Origin: Thermodesulfobacteriota bacterium
GTDB lineage: Bacteria > Desulfobacterota_D > UBA1144 > Nemesobacterales > JAJCZQ01
Direction: 5' to 3'
Length of the DNA: 64,000 nt
NCBI GenBank assembly: GCA_965215275.1
Contig: OZ244044.1
Location: 477,548 to 541,547 of the forward strand
Below are positions 46,143 through 56,792 of this stretch, in pieces. A model generated the notes under the pieces. That model was not told where the DNA came from. It saw only the letters and a list, made by a program, of their open reading frames with translations, and did not search any database. Numbering within the stretch: the stretch's first letter is position 1; each line of letters begins with the position of its first letter. A program made the translations under genes and the position numbers.

Positions 46143-46481
46143 ATGTCCGAAGACAGGGAAAAACTGGGATTTGTAAAAGGAACTGAAAGGGTCACAGAAA
46201 AAAAGCCCCTGTTAAAAAAGCCGGACATGTACAGGATAGTTCTCCTGAACGACAACTACACGCCAAGGGATTTCGTTGTATGGGTAATTATGAAAATCTT
46301 CTACAAGACACAGGAAGAAAGCAGCAGGATAATGCTTGAAGCACATATAAAAGGAAAAAGTACAATAGGCGTTTATACTTACGATATAGCAAAGTCAAAA
46401 ATCGTTCAGGTCAACGATCTGGCTCATCAGTACGAACATCCGTTAAAATGTACTCTGGAAGTTGAATCTGGAGGAGAATGA
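46143..46481 (+). CDS. clpS: ATP-dependent Clp protease adaptor ClpS
   Basis: 112 aa; YRIVLLNDNYTPRDFVVWVIMKIF core; precedes clpA with a 4-nt overlap. Confidence 0.95.
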   Translation: MSEDREKLGFVKGTERVTEKKPLLKKPDMYRIVLLNDNYTPRDFVVWVIMKIFYKTQEESSRIMLEAHIKGKSTIGVYTYDIAKSKIVQVNDLAHQYEHPLKCTLEVESGGE

Positions 46482-48727
46482 AATTGATTCTCTCGGAAGA
46501 ACTTGAAAGGACCTTATACAGGGCATATAAACAGGCAAAGGACCGCAGGCATGAGTTTATAACCCCTGAACACCTCCTGCTTGAACTGATAAACGATGAA
46601 GTTGCCTCAGTTGCACTGATCAGGTGCGGGGCTGATCTGGAAGTCTTAAAAGGGTCCCTGGAGGACTTTTTAAAGGACAAGATACCCAGTATAACGTCAG
46701 AACCGTCTCCGGAACCCAAATACTCCGACGGCAGTAAATACGTACTGAAACTTACCTCCATCCATGCAGAAACAGCTGAAACGACAGAGATCAACGGATG
46801 TAACCTGCTGATCTCCATGTTCAGACTGCACGAGTCCCATGCGGTATTTTTCCTGCTTGAGCAGGGACTGAGCAGATATGAGTTGGTAAAATACATCTCG
46901 CACAGATCAGTGCTGTCCTCAGACCTTGAAGACACAGGCCACAAGAACGCGGAAAAAGCCGTAACGGAAACAAAAAAGAACAAACGGGACGCTCTTGCTG
47001 CTTTTTGCACAGACCTTGTAAACAACGCCCAGGAAGGCAGGATAGATCCGATAATCGGCAGAGAGAACGAACTTGAAAGAGTGGTTCATATACTGTCAAG
47101 ACGCAGAAAGAACAATCCCATATTGGTCGGGGACGCAGGAGTTGGAAAAACCGCGATCGCAGAGGGGCTTGCCTACAAGATCGTCAAAGGAGAAGTACCC
47201 AAAGACCTCAAGGATACAAGTATATACGCTCTGGACATGGGAACTCTGACGGCAGGTACCAGATACAGAGGGGATTTTGAAGAAAGACTGAAAGGAATAA
47301 TAGAGGCCGCAAGGAACAGTCCTTCGACAGTGTTGTTCATTGACGAGATACACACGGTCATTGGAGCCGGTGCCGTGTCGGGTGGAAGTCTTGATGCCTC
47401 GAACATGCTGAAGCCCGTTCTTGCCAGCGGCGAAATAAAGTGCATAGGAACGACGACCCTGAAGGAGTTCAGAAGTATATTCGAGAAAGACAACGCACTT
47501 GCCAGACGTTTCCAGAAGATCGACGTGCACGAACCGAGCGAAGATGAGTCCATAAAAATACTGAACGGTATTAAGAAGTACTATGAAAAATATCATAAGG
47601 TCTATTACTCTCCAAAGGCCATCAAGGCATCAGTTGAACTGTCCGCAAAGTTCATGAACGACAGGAGACTTCCCGATAAGGCAATTGACGTTCTTGACGA
47701 GACGGGTGCCGCGGTCAAGCTGAGGAACGATTTGAAAGAGTACGCACAGGTAACCGTCAAGGACGTTGAAAGCACCGTTGCAAAAATAGCAAAAATACCT
47801 TCCCGAACGGTCAGAGCTGAGGATAAGAACCTGCTTCTTAACATGGAAGACAGTCTGAAAGAGCATATCTATGGTCAGGACAAGGCCATTGAAAAGCTCG
47901 TAACCTCCATTCATATCTCCCGCTCCGGACTGAAGGAACTACACAAGCCGATCGGGTCATTTATGTTCTCCGGACCCACCGGCGTCGGTAAAACGGAACT
48001 TGCTAAAAAACTTGCAGATATACTGGGAACGGAATTCATCAGGTTCGATATGAGCGAGTACATGGAAAAACATACCGTCTCCCGGCTCATAGGTTCACCC
48101 CCTGGCTACGTTGGTTTTGACCAGGGAGGACAGCTAACGGAGGCAGTAAACAGGTCGCCCCACTCAGTACTGCTACTTGATGAGATCGAAAAAGCACATG
48201 AAGATATATACAACGTGCTGCTTCAGGTCATGGACCACGCTTCTCTGACGGATTCAAACGGCAGAAAGGTCGACTTCCGGCAGGTTATTCTCATATTCAC
48301 CACTAATACCGGTTCAAAGGAAAGTTCAAAACGAAACGTTGGATTTACCCAGAAGGAGTTCGAAGACAAAAGCAGTGAGGCAATTGAAAGCTTTTTCAGT
48401 CCTGAATTCAGAAACCGGCTGACCGCAATACTGAAATTTAACTCCCTTGCCCCCGTCACCATTGAAAAAATAGTTGACAAGGTCATCAGAGAACTGGAAG
48501 ACCGGGTCAAGGCAAAGAAAATAAGAATAAAACTATCAGAAGAAGCAAGAAAGTACATTGCAAAAAACGGTTACGACGCACTGCTCGGAGCAAGGCCGAT
48601 CAAGAGGCTCATTGATAACGAGATCACAGAAAAACTGTCCAGAGAACTGCTGTTCGGAGATCTGCCGGTCGGCGGAACGGTAAGCGTCGTTCTGGAGAAA
48701 GGTGATCTGAAGCTCCTTTACAGTTAA
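46478..48727 (+). CDS. clpA: ATP-dependent Clp protease ATP-binding subunit ClpA
   Basis: 749 aa; two AAA+ modules ([16 protein letters not shown]), no M-domain, follows clpS. Confidence 0.96.
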   Translation: MKLILSEELERTLYRAYKQAKDRRHEFITPEHLLLELINDEVASVALIRCGADLEVLKGSLEDFLKDKIPSITSEPSPEPKYSDGSKYVLKLTSIHAETAETTEINGCNLLISMFRLHESHAVFFLLEQGLSRYELVKYISHRSVLSSDLEDTGHKNAEKAVTETKKNKRDALAAFCTDLVNNAQEGRIDPIIGRENELERVVHILSRRRKNNPILVGDAGVGKTAIAEGLAYKIVKGEVPKDLKDTSIYALDMGTLTAGTRYRGDFEERLKGIIEAARNSPSTVLFIDEIHTVIGAGAVSGGSLDASNMLKPVLASGEIKCIGTTTLKEFRSIFEKDNALARRFQKIDVHEPSEDESIKILNGIKKYYEKYHKVYYSPKAIKASVELSAKFMNDRRLPDKAIDVLDETGAAVKLRNDLKEYAQVTVKDVESTVAKIAKIPSRTVRAEDKNLLLNMEDSLKEHIYGQDKAIEKLVTSIHISRSGLKELHKPIGSFMFSGPTGVGKTELAKKLADILGTEFIRFDMSEYMEKHTVSRLIGSPPGYVGFDQGGQLTEAVNRSPHSVLLLDEIEKAHEDIYNVLLQVMDHASLTDSNGRKVDFRQVILIFTTNTGSKESSKRNVGFTQKEFEDKSSEAIESFFSPEFRNRLTAILKFNSLAPVTIEKIVDKVIRELEDRVKAKKIRIKLSEEARKYIAKNGYDALLGARPIKRLIDNEITEKLSRELLFGDLPVGGTVSVVLEKGDLKLLYS

Positions 48728-48774
48728 GTTTCAGGGACATTCTTTCATCCGTATTTAAAGACCGTTTTAAAATT

Positions 48775-49812
48775 TTGATCATGGCAGAGATAAATAACAC
48801 CAAGAACAGTATGGTCCAGTTCGTATATCCCGAACATGCCAACAACCTCGGGACGCTTCACGGAGGACGACTGATGGACTGGATCATGCTGATCGGCACT
48901 ATCACTTCGTCAAGATTTTCAAAGTCCACGACGCTTCTGGGTGCAACGGACAGTATAGACTTCATAAATCCGATCAAGATAGGCGACATCGTGATGCTTG
49001 ACAGCTGGATAGAATACGTGGGAAGCTCATCTCTGGAGGTTGTCGTCAGAGTGTATTCTGAGAACATCGAGACGGGGGAGAAAAAGTTCATTACGCTTTC
49101 GAATCTGGCATTTGTTGCGATCGGAGACAACGGAAGACCAAAACATATCGACAAGAAGATGATACCTAATAACAGCAGAGAAGAGAGGCTGATCCGAAAA
49201 GCCGAGGAAAGGAAGAGAAGAAGGCTTCCGGAGATACAGAAAAGAAAGGAGAAGGTACTGAACGCTCTGGACGAGACCGAAACGACCAGGTTCAACCTCT
49301 GCACCACAAGTCCGGCAATGCCCGAGGATGCATTTTTTCACGGAAGTTATATGTCCGTGGGAAAACTCCTTAAATATATTGACGAAAGTGCAAGCATACT
49401 CGCGATGAGGTATGCAAAGGGAGTGCTCGTAACCGGATCTCTGAACAATCTGTTTTTCTACTCACCCATTAAAGTGGGAGAGGCCGTTATACTGAACGCC
49501 GGGATCACCTACGTGGGATCGACTTCAATAGAAATTGCAACGAAGATCAATTCTGAAAATATGGAAACAGGCGAAATAAAGCACGTCTGCACGACGTTCC
49601 TGACCTTTGTTCACATCGATAAAGAGGGAAAGATCAAACCCGTGCCGAAATTTCAACCTGAAACACCTTATGAGATCAGAGAATGGAAAGAAGCAGAACG
49701 CAGAAAAAGTGTACGTGTGGAAAGAGTGAAAGACATTAAAATGCATGCAGGTGGTTACCTTGATGATTATAAAAACACCGTAACCGGCAAGGAAGGTCAG
49801 TCAGCCGTTTAA
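48775..49812 (+). CDS. Acyl-CoA thioesterase with two hotdog domains
   Basis: 345 aa; duplicated ...N..G.LHGGRLMDW... / hotdog pattern with a charged linker. Confidence 0.85.
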   Translation: MIMAEINNTKNSMVQFVYPEHANNLGTLHGGRLMDWIMLIGTITSSRFSKSTTLLGATDSIDFINPIKIGDIVMLDSWIEYVGSSSLEVVVRVYSENIETGEKKFITLSNLAFVAIGDNGRPKHIDKKMIPNNSREERLIRKAEERKRRRLPEIQKRKEKVLNALDETETTRFNLCTTSPAMPEDAFFHGSYMSVGKLLKYIDESASILAMRYAKGVLVTGSLNNLFFYSPIKVGEAVILNAGITYVGSTSIEIATKINSENMETGEIKHVCTTFLTFVHIDKEGKIKPVPKFQPETPYEIREWKEAERRKSVRVERVKDIKMHAGGYLDDYKNTVTGKEGQSAV

Positions 49813-49827
49813 TTACAGTTTGATACC

Positions 49828-50646
49828 ATGTCTGAAAATTCAACTGGCAACAGATCCATTGGCATATTTGACTCTGGTATCGGTGGACTGACGGTAGTTA
49901 AGGAAATAATAAAACTGCTGCCTCGTGAAAACCTTATATATCTTGGTGATACCGCAAGAGTTCCATACGGAACCAAATCAAAGAATACCGTAATTAAATA
50001 CGCCGAGAGCAACGCTAATTTTCTTTTATCCAAAGGTATAAAGATCCTCATCATAGCCTGCAATACCGCCTCAGCTTACTCTCTGGACGCTTTAAGGAGT
50101 AAATTATCCATACCGGTAATGGGAGTAATAGAACCCGGTGCTGAAAAAGCCGCACAAGTTACATCAAATGGAAAAGTTGGGGTGATCGGTACTCCGTCAA
50201 CGATCAGAAGTGAGGCCTACAGCAAAGCTTTGCTCAGCATCAACGGCGATCTTGAGATATTCCAGAAACCCTGCCCCCTGTTCGTTCATCTTGCAGAGGA
50301 AGGATGGCACGACGGCGATATTTTACTACAGGTAGCGCAAAAATACCTGAACGATATGGTCCGGCGGAAAATCGACGTTTTAATACTTGGATGCACGCAC
50401 TACCCTATACTGAAAGACACCATAAAAAAAGTGGTTGGTGAAGACGTTACGCTTATAGACTCCGCTGAAGAAACGGCCAGTGAACTGCTCAGGATAGTGA
50501 CGGCAGGCAGAACAGGCAGCTCCGGGCAAAAAGAAATAACAAGAGACTTCTACTTAACCGACGACTCTGAAACTTTTATTGATATTGCAAGTAAGTTCCT
50601 TGGAGATGATATATCTGAGATCAAAGTAACGGATATAGTACTATGA
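49828..50646 (+). CDS. murI: Glutamate racemase
   Basis: 272 aa; IGIFDSGIGGLTV, IIACNTAS, LGCTHYP motifs. Confidence 0.96.
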   Translation: MSENSTGNRSIGIFDSGIGGLTVVKEIIKLLPRENLIYLGDTARVPYGTKSKNTVIKYAESNANFLLSKGIKILIIACNTASAYSLDALRSKLSIPVMGVIEPGAEKAAQVTSNGKVGVIGTPSTIRSEAYSKALLSINGDLEIFQKPCPLFVHLAEEGWHDGDILLQVAQKYLNDMVRRKIDVLILGCTHYPILKDTIKKVVGEDVTLIDSAEETASELLRIVTAGRTGSSGQKEITRDFYLTDDSETFIDIASKFLGDDISEIKVTDIVL

Positions 50647-50686
50647 CCAGGGGATAACGGTCTTATGAGGACCATAAAAAGTACAG

Positions 50687-53608
50687 ATGTTCCTAAAAAC
50701 TGACTATCTGCTGTGTTTTTTATTTGCCTTCATGTGTTTTATGTCCATTGAGGCATATGGTCAGACCAGTGTTGATCATTGCGACTCCAGTGAAACGCCT
50801 GAAGCTACCTTGACAGTGGACGCAGCGGCACACGATGGAAGCTTTGAAAATACCGGTGCTGATCCGCATTATTTTCAGATAGACGCAGCATCCGATATTA
50901 ACGTAGAAATAACGACAACTGGTATTGCTGACGGTTTTTTACAACTGTGTGACGGCAGCGATGATCTGATAGCAAGCAGTACTAACAGAATTCCAGCTCG
51001 CCTCAGACCTGGAACGTACTATATCGTTGTGGGAAGCAGTGGTGCTGACAGTTACCGGCTTTCAGTTGCAACAGATACTGATTATAACGACCTGTTATCT
51101 GATTGTGGGAACGTTACCACCGATTTTAATGATCCATTATACGGCTGTCAGTGGCATCTGAAAAATACGGGTCAGTGGATTTTCAACGGGCAGAGAATAA
51201 CCGCCGGCGAAGATATAAACACAGAGGGAGTGTGGAATGATGGAATATCCGGCAGTAGAGTTAACGTGGCAGTGGTAGACAGTGGTATGGACCCCTTGCA
51301 TGAGGACCTGGTCGCCAATGTAAATCCCAGCCTGAACCATGATTACTCTGGAAACGGTAATGTATTTGATCCTTCAAGTGCTCATGGTACACGTGTAGCG
51401 GGCGTTATAGCAGCAGTGGGTGATAATGGGATCGGTATAAGGGGGATAGCACCTCAGGCAAGTATCTATAATTATAACCTGGTAACGGAAGGTAATGGTA
51501 CTTCCGCTAACATAGCAGATGCTATGACCCGTAACCATATTACAACTGCGGTATCCAACAACAGTTGGGGACCGGATGGTATACTCGTTCTTTTCTCCGC
51601 TGGTAGAACCTGGGAACTGGCAGTGGAAACAGGTATCAGGGAAGGGTTTGGTGGTAAAGGAATTTTTTATGTCTATTCAGTTGGAAATGGAGGTGATGAA
51701 TTCGACCAGGCTAATTTTGCGGAGTTTTCTAATTATTATGCCGTGACTCCCGTCTGTTCAGTAGACGCTTTTGGCAGAAAAAGTCTTTTTTCGGAAGAAG
51801 GAGTAAATCTGTGGATATGTGCTCCAGGTTCGCTTATTACAACGACAGATAATAAAGACCGCTATAACTTTGGGGTTAGCGGAACGTCATATTCCGCTCC
51901 GGTCGTTTCAGGGGTCGCAGCACTGATGCGTGAGGTAAACGGTGACCTTAGCTGGAGGGACCTGAAACTTATACTGGCAGCTTCAGCCCGCAGGAACGAC
52001 CCGACCGATCCGGGCTGGAAGACGGGAGCACTTAAATACGGTTCTGATACAGACAGTTATAGTTACAATCCAAAGTACGGTTTTGGCGTAGTGGATGCCG
52101 AGGCAGCAGTAGAACTTGCCGAGAACTGGACTAACGTTCCAAGGATGAGAACTCAGACTGCTTCCTCGGGTAATATTAATACAGCGATCCCCGATCACAC
52201 AGGTGGAGCAGACGGAGAAATTCTTTCCAGCCTGAACGTATCCGATACTGATATTTTTACAGAATTCGTTGAGGTCAGTATCAATTTCTCTCACGCTTTT
52301 TTTCCAGATCTGGAAATACAGATAACGTCCCCTGGTGGCACTGTGTCGCAACTTACTGAGGAATATGTAGAAGGAGCGATATCGTACATATCTGACGGTT
52401 TACTCCCCAGGAACGACTTTGATTACAGCTCCTACACTCATCGTTTTGGTTCAGCCAAACACCTCGGAGAGGACCCTGCTGGAGAATGGATTTTGAAGAT
52501 CGATGATACTGAAGAGGTAGATACCGGGACTTTACACTCATGGAGCATTAAAGTTTATGGGCATAAGACCGTAGAAGGTACGGCACCAAGCTTTGACGGT
52601 AAGACGATAACTAATAAGGAATATGTAACGGGCAGAGCAATAACAGCAGAGAAGCTGCCTGAAGCAGCGGGAGGGGATGGAACATTAAGATACAGTATAA
52701 CGCCAGCATTACCGACTGGATTGAGTTTTGACAGTAACACCCGAGTAATAAGCGGGACACCGACTACTGCAGCGAGCAGGACGGCTTATACATATACTGT
52801 AACGGACGAAGACGGGGATACGGCTGATTTGACGTTCGGGATCACAGTAGCTGAAGACGAAAAACCAACTTTCAGTGATACGATAGATGATCAGAAGTAT
52901 ATAGCAGGGACGGCAACGAACCTTCCGGTAACGCTGCCTGAGGCAGCAGGAGGGAACGCTCCATTAACTTACAGTATAGATCCTGCATTACCGACTGGAT
53001 TGAGTTTTAACGCATCCACCCCACCCCACGAAATAAGCGGAACACCCACTACTGCGATACCTGAGACCCCTTATACATGGAGTGTTACAGATGTAGATGG
53101 AGATACAGCTGAGTTGACGTTCAGAATAACTATAGAAGAAGACAGCACTCCGGACCTTGACGGTACGACAGTTTCTACTCAAATGGAGTACACATACACA
53201 GCAGGGAGACCATTAACGCTGCCTGCAGCAACGGGAGGAAATCCACCAGTTACTTACAGTATAACTCCTGATCTGCCAGCTGGATTGATATTTAACGAAG
53301 TTACCCGGGTAATAAGTGGCACACCCAGGAGCGCATCGTCTGGAACTTACACTTATACGGTAACGGACAGGAATGGAGATATGGATAAGGTGACTTTCAT
53401 ACTCAGTGTAGAGGTTTCTTCTTCTCCAGGACCAACAACAACACGAAGACCAGGAACGTCAGGTACTGATGCAGGAGGTGGAGGAGGATGTGCTGTCTCC
53501 CATCAGAGAGGCGTTGTTCCTGATATGCTCGGAGCAGTAGCATGTCTGATACTTATACCTGTATCAGTACTAGTTAAAAGGAATAGAAGGTCTCAGATAA
53601 AGACTTAG
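50687..53608 (+). CDS. Secreted kexin-like S8 serine protease with PPC-like N-domain, P-domain, 3 Ig-like repeats and GGGGC-TM-KRNRRS anchor
   Basis: 973 aa; VAVVDSGMD / SAHGTRVAG / SGTSYSAPVVSG; P-domain ...HSWSIKVYGH; C-terminus GGGGGCAVSHQRGVVPDMLGAVACLILIPVSVLVKRNRRSQIKT. Confidence 0.92.
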   Translation: MFLKTDYLLCFLFAFMCFMSIEAYGQTSVDHCDSSETPEATLTVDAAAHDGSFENTGADPHYFQIDAASDINVEITTTGIADGFLQLCDGSDDLIASSTNRIPARLRPGTYYIVVGSSGADSYRLSVATDTDYNDLLSDCGNVTTDFNDPLYGCQWHLKNTGQWIFNGQRITAGEDINTEGVWNDGISGSRVNVAVVDSGMDPLHEDLVANVNPSLNHDYSGNGNVFDPSSAHGTRVAGVIAAVGDNGIGIRGIAPQASIYNYNLVTEGNGTSANIADAMTRNHITTAVSNNSWGPDGILVLFSAGRTWELAVETGIREGFGGKGIFYVYSVGNGGDEFDQANFAEFSNYYAVTPVCSVDAFGRKSLFSEEGVNLWICAPGSLITTTDNKDRYNFGVSGTSYSAPVVSGVAALMREVNGDLSWRDLKLILAASARRNDPTDPGWKTGALKYGSDTDSYSYNPKYGFGVVDAEAAVELAENWTNVPRMRTQTASSGNINTAIPDHTGGADGEILSSLNVSDTDIFTEFVEVSINFSHAFFPDLEIQITSPGGTVSQLTEEYVEGAISYISDGLLPRNDFDYSSYTHRFGSAKHLGEDPAGEWILKIDDTEEVDTGTLHSWSIKVYGHKTVEGTAPSFDGKTITNKEYVTGRAITAEKLPEAAGGDGTLRYSITPALPTGLSFDSNTRVISGTPTTAASRTAYTYTVTDEDGDTADLTFGITVAEDEKPTFSDTIDDQKYIAGTATNLPVTLPEAAGGNAPLTYSIDPALPTGLSFNASTPPHEISGTPTTAIPETPYTWSVTDVDGDTAELTFRITIEEDSTPDLDGTTVSTQMEYTYTAGRPLTLPAATGGNPPVTYSITPDLPAGLIFNEVTRVISGTPRSASSGTYTYTVTDRNGDMDKVTFILSVEVSSSPGPTTTRRPGTSGTDAGGGGGCAVSHQRGVVPDMLGAVACLILIPVSVLVKRNRRSQIKT
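52583..53416 (+). repeat. Three diverged about 93-aa Ig-like (He_PIG/CADG-type) coding repeats
   Basis: Three occurrences of LP.A.GG...(L/V).YSI.P.LP.GL.F......ISGTP......YT..VTD..GD. Confidence 0.85.
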
Positions 53609-53883
53609 CAACGCAGTCCTTTCCAAAGTACTTAACGAACTGAGGTCTTTCCTTCAGGATAAAGGAATAACAGTGCGTAGAAAACCAAAGATAAATCTAC
53701 CAGCAGATGGGGATTTTTATGGCATTGATGCTTGTTTTTTAAGTCTCGGACAACAAGGTATATACACGCCATTATACTATACGCCAAATCAAGACTTAAA
53801 AAATCTGATAAAAACCGACGGAGTAATATAATTTGCTAACTTAACCGTGTAATTCTATTAACCCTTACTATGAGAACGGGTCA

Positions 53884-54891
53884 TTAATCAGCCAGAGCAG
53901 ATTTTAGTTCCTCGGTCAATACGGGCAACACTTCAAAAAGGTCACCACATATACCATAATCAGACTTTTGAAAGATCGGCGTTTCAGGGTCCTTATTAAT
54001 AGATACTATCACCTTTGACGTTCCCATACCCGAAAAATGCTGAACAGCACCTGATATTGCAACTGCAAAGTACAAAGTAGGCGAAACGGCTTTACCGGTC
54101 TGCCCCACCTGCATGTCATAGGGACAATACCCTGCATCCACTGCCGCCCTTGTTGCACCTGCTGCTGCTCCAAGTACATTGGCAAGTTCGTAAATATATT
54201 TAAAGTTCTCCTCGCTCCCCAAGCCTCTTCCTCCAGATACCACTCTCTGAGCTTCTGTAAGTTCAGGTCTGTCAGACAATTTGGTCTTAAGCTCAACGAC
54301 TTTAATTTTTATATCGTCATCGCTTATGTCTATCTGCTCGGCAATAACCTCAGGAGATAAAGAGAACTCCTCCTCTTTGTAAGTGTTCGGTCTTATAGTT
54401 GCCATCATCACGTTATCTGAATGGAATTCAACTTCAGATATCGCCTTACTGGAATGCGAATATCTTTTAACTTTTAACCTGTTGTCATCCGTAAGACCTA
54501 CTTCTATTGCTTCCATTGCAAGACCTGACCCTGTCCTTGCCGCAACTCTCGGAACGTAGTCTTCCGTAAAAGCGGTATTTCCCGCCAGAACGACATGAGG
54601 ACGATGCCTGTTAATAAGTTCCGAAAGTGCCTTTACGTAACCGTCGGGAGTAAAGTCCTTTAATTTCGGATCATCAACCACGTAAACCTTATCAGCACCG
54701 TATTTTCCCAGTTCCTGGGCTTTTTCCGTTACGCCATCGCCCATTAAAACCCCACAGACGGTACCACCGATCTTTTCCTGCATGGACCTTCTGGCTTCGG
54801 AAAGAGCTTCAAAAGATACCTTCCTGATACTTCCATCTATTTTCATATCTGCAACTACCCATATTTCATTGTTCATTAATAGACCCTCCAA
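53884..54891 (-). CDS. etfA: Electron transfer flavoprotein alpha subunit
   Basis: 335 aa; C-terminal FAD-binding pattern ...VVSGGRG...QVGQTGK.V.P.LY.A.GISGA.QH..G; the start is probably the internal MNNEIWVV. Confidence 0.93.
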   Translation of the reverse strand: MEGLLMNNEIWVVADMKIDGSIRKVSFEALSEARRSMQEKIGGTVCGVLMGDGVTEKAQELGKYGADKVYVVDDPKLKDFTPDGYVKALSELINRHRPHVVLAGNTAFTEDYVPRVAARTGSGLAMEAIEVGLTDDNRLKVKRYSHSSKAISEVEFHSDNVMMATIRPNTYKEEEFSLSPEVIAEQIDISDDDIKIKVVELKTKLSDRPELTEAQRVVSGGRGLGSEENFKYIYELANVLGAAAGATRAAVDAGYCPYDMQVGQTGKAVSPTLYFAVAISGAVQHFSGMGTSKVIVSINKDPETPIFQKSDYGICGDLFEVLPVLTEELKSALAD

Positions 54892-54909
54892 ATTATAATA
54901 AAATGAAAA

Positions 54910-55743
54910 TCATATAACCTTTGCGTCATCCTTCAGAAGCCTGACCAGTTCCTTTACCGACTGAGAGATCTCCTCACCCTTGACCGTGGTATCATCAGAA
55001 CCCTTTATAATCTTCAACTTTCTGGAAATTTCAGGAATGACGATCTTTACCGTCTTTACCTTAGATCCGTTTTTCCCCACGGCGTCCCTTGAAATCCCAA
55101 GGGCATCAAAGTCTATTTCATCCAGAGTTACCTCTTTCACGGGTTTTTTCTTGGCTTTCATAATACCCGGAAGCGAGGCATACCTGGGTTCATTCATGGC
55201 GTCAGGACAGGTAATCAGGACCGGGAGAGGAACTTCCACCACTGCTGAACCACCATCTATCTCCTTCTGACAGACCAGCCTGCTCTCACTGATGTCGATC
55301 ACCTTGCTTACAAGGGACACATGAGGAATGTTCAGTTCCTCGGCCAGCTGAACCGGGACCTGCACGGATTCATCATCTATGACCTTCATACCCGTCAGAA
55401 CAAAACTCACGTCTTCAAGCTTCTTGATCTCACTTGCCGCAATTTTAGCCAGAGTGTAATTATCCGTCTCGGCAAAACCTTCATCCTTTATATGCAAACC
55501 CGAATCCGCACCCATCGCCAGTGCCTGTCTGATGGCTTCGATCGCTCTTGCGGGACCGGCTGTTGCTATGATCACTTCCCCTCCAAGTTTTTCTCTGGTT
55601 TCGAGCGCTTCCTCAACCGCAAATTCATCGTAAGGGTTCAGTATCCACTTAACTTCCTCGGTATCGATACTGTCCCCACCCGGTGAAACGGATACTCTGG
55701 CTTCGGTATCAAGGGTTTGACTTATGTACACAACGATTTTCAT
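54910..55743 (-). CDS. etfB: Electron transfer flavoprotein beta subunit
   Basis: 277 aa; MKIVVYISQ...NPYDEFAVEEAL pattern; upstream of etfA. Confidence 0.93.
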   Translation of the reverse strand: MKIVVYISQTLDTEARVSVSPGGDSIDTEEVKWILNPYDEFAVEEALETREKLGGEVIIATAGPARAIEAIRQALAMGADSGLHIKDEGFAETDNYTLAKIAASEIKKLEDVSFVLTGMKVIDDESVQVPVQLAEELNIPHVSLVSKVIDISESRLVCQKEIDGGSAVVEVPLPVLITCPDAMNEPRYASLPGIMKAKKKPVKEVTLDEIDFDALGISRDAVGKNGSKVKTVKIVIPEISRKLKIIKGSDDTTVKGEEISQSVKELVRLLKDDAKVI

Positions 55744-55922
55744 AACGTCCTCCTAGTCTATTTTTTGTCGCTGGATCCTTTGAAGTTCAAATCTAATCAT
55801 ATTTGGGAACCCAAATCAGCTTGATATATAATATCTAAATAAAAATCCTGAATTTTATATCGTGAAAACGGATTGTCAAGATTGACAGGCATCTCCCCCG
55901 TTCGCCTGGATAAACTACCGTA

Positions 55923-56786
55923 ATGGACTCCTTTAAACTTCTCGTCCTGGTCTTTATAATTATAACTTGGGGTTATTCCTGGGTACTTATGAAACAGGCT
56001 CTTGAATTTATGATGCCGCTGACCTTCGTAGCCCTGAGGGTCGCCGTTGGTGGATTGGTTATTTTGCCTTTCATGCTGAGGGACAGATCATTTGAACTGT
56101 CAGGCTTTTTCAAGACCGATCATCTGGTACTTGGTATTCTTCAAACTACGGCAATGTTCGGACTTCTGATCTGCGGAATGAAGTTTGTAACTGCCGGTAA
56201 AACTGCCGTTGTTCTGTACACAATGCCCGTCTGGACCAGCCTGCTGCTCCATTTTGCCGTTAAAGAAAGACTGAACCGACAACAATGGCTTGGAGTTATG
56301 TCCGGACTTGCCGGCATGATCTGTATACTCGGATGGGATACACTGGTCAGCCAGGACAGAAATACGATCTTTGGAGAGATACTCATACTTCTTGCGGCCA
56401 TTTCATGGGCAGTAGCGAACATATGGGTGAAATTCCGATTGAAAAACAACAAGCCCATGCTGCTCAACGGCTATCAGCAGCTGACAGGTGTGGTATTTTT
56501 GATCGCTCTCTCAATATCCACGGAAGGACTTTTCAAGGTCGAATGGAACTATTTCTCAGTATATATAATCCTGTTCACCGGCGTTATAGCTTCCGCAGTG
56601 AACTTTTCGGCGTGGTTTTACCTGCTGAACACAACTGATGTAAATCTGGCGGCATATCCCTCATTATTGGTACCGGTCTGCGGACTGATATTTGACTGGA
56701 TAATACTGGGAACGACCTTAGATATGGGATTAATAGCCGGGGGAGCTTTTATAATCCTGGGTATTTATAAAATTTCAAAAAGATAA
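55923..56786 (+). CDS. EamA/DMT-family transporter (10 TM)
   Basis: 287 aa with a duplicated 5-TM EamA pattern. Confidence 0.85.
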   Translation: MDSFKLLVLVFIIITWGYSWVLMKQALEFMMPLTFVALRVAVGGLVILPFMLRDRSFELSGFFKTDHLVLGILQTTAMFGLLICGMKFVTAGKTAVVLYTMPVWTSLLLHFAVKERLNRQQWLGVMSGLAGMICILGWDTLVSQDRNTIFGEILILLAAISWAVANIWVKFRLKNNKPMLLNGYQQLTGVVFLIALSISTEGLFKVEWNYFSVYIILFTGVIASAVNFSAWFYLLNTTDVNLAAYPSLLVPVCGLIFDWIILGTTLDMGLIAGGAFIILGIYKISKR

Positions 56787-56792
56787 TACTGT

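Noticed and set aside
46411-47025. 204-aa minus-strand ORF inside clpS/clpA, and similar long antisense ORFs at 30973..31428, 31896..32441, 2936..3379 and 47096..47596
   Set aside because: They lie antisense to strongly supported housekeeping genes, with Ser/Leu/Arg-rich shadow-ORF composition.
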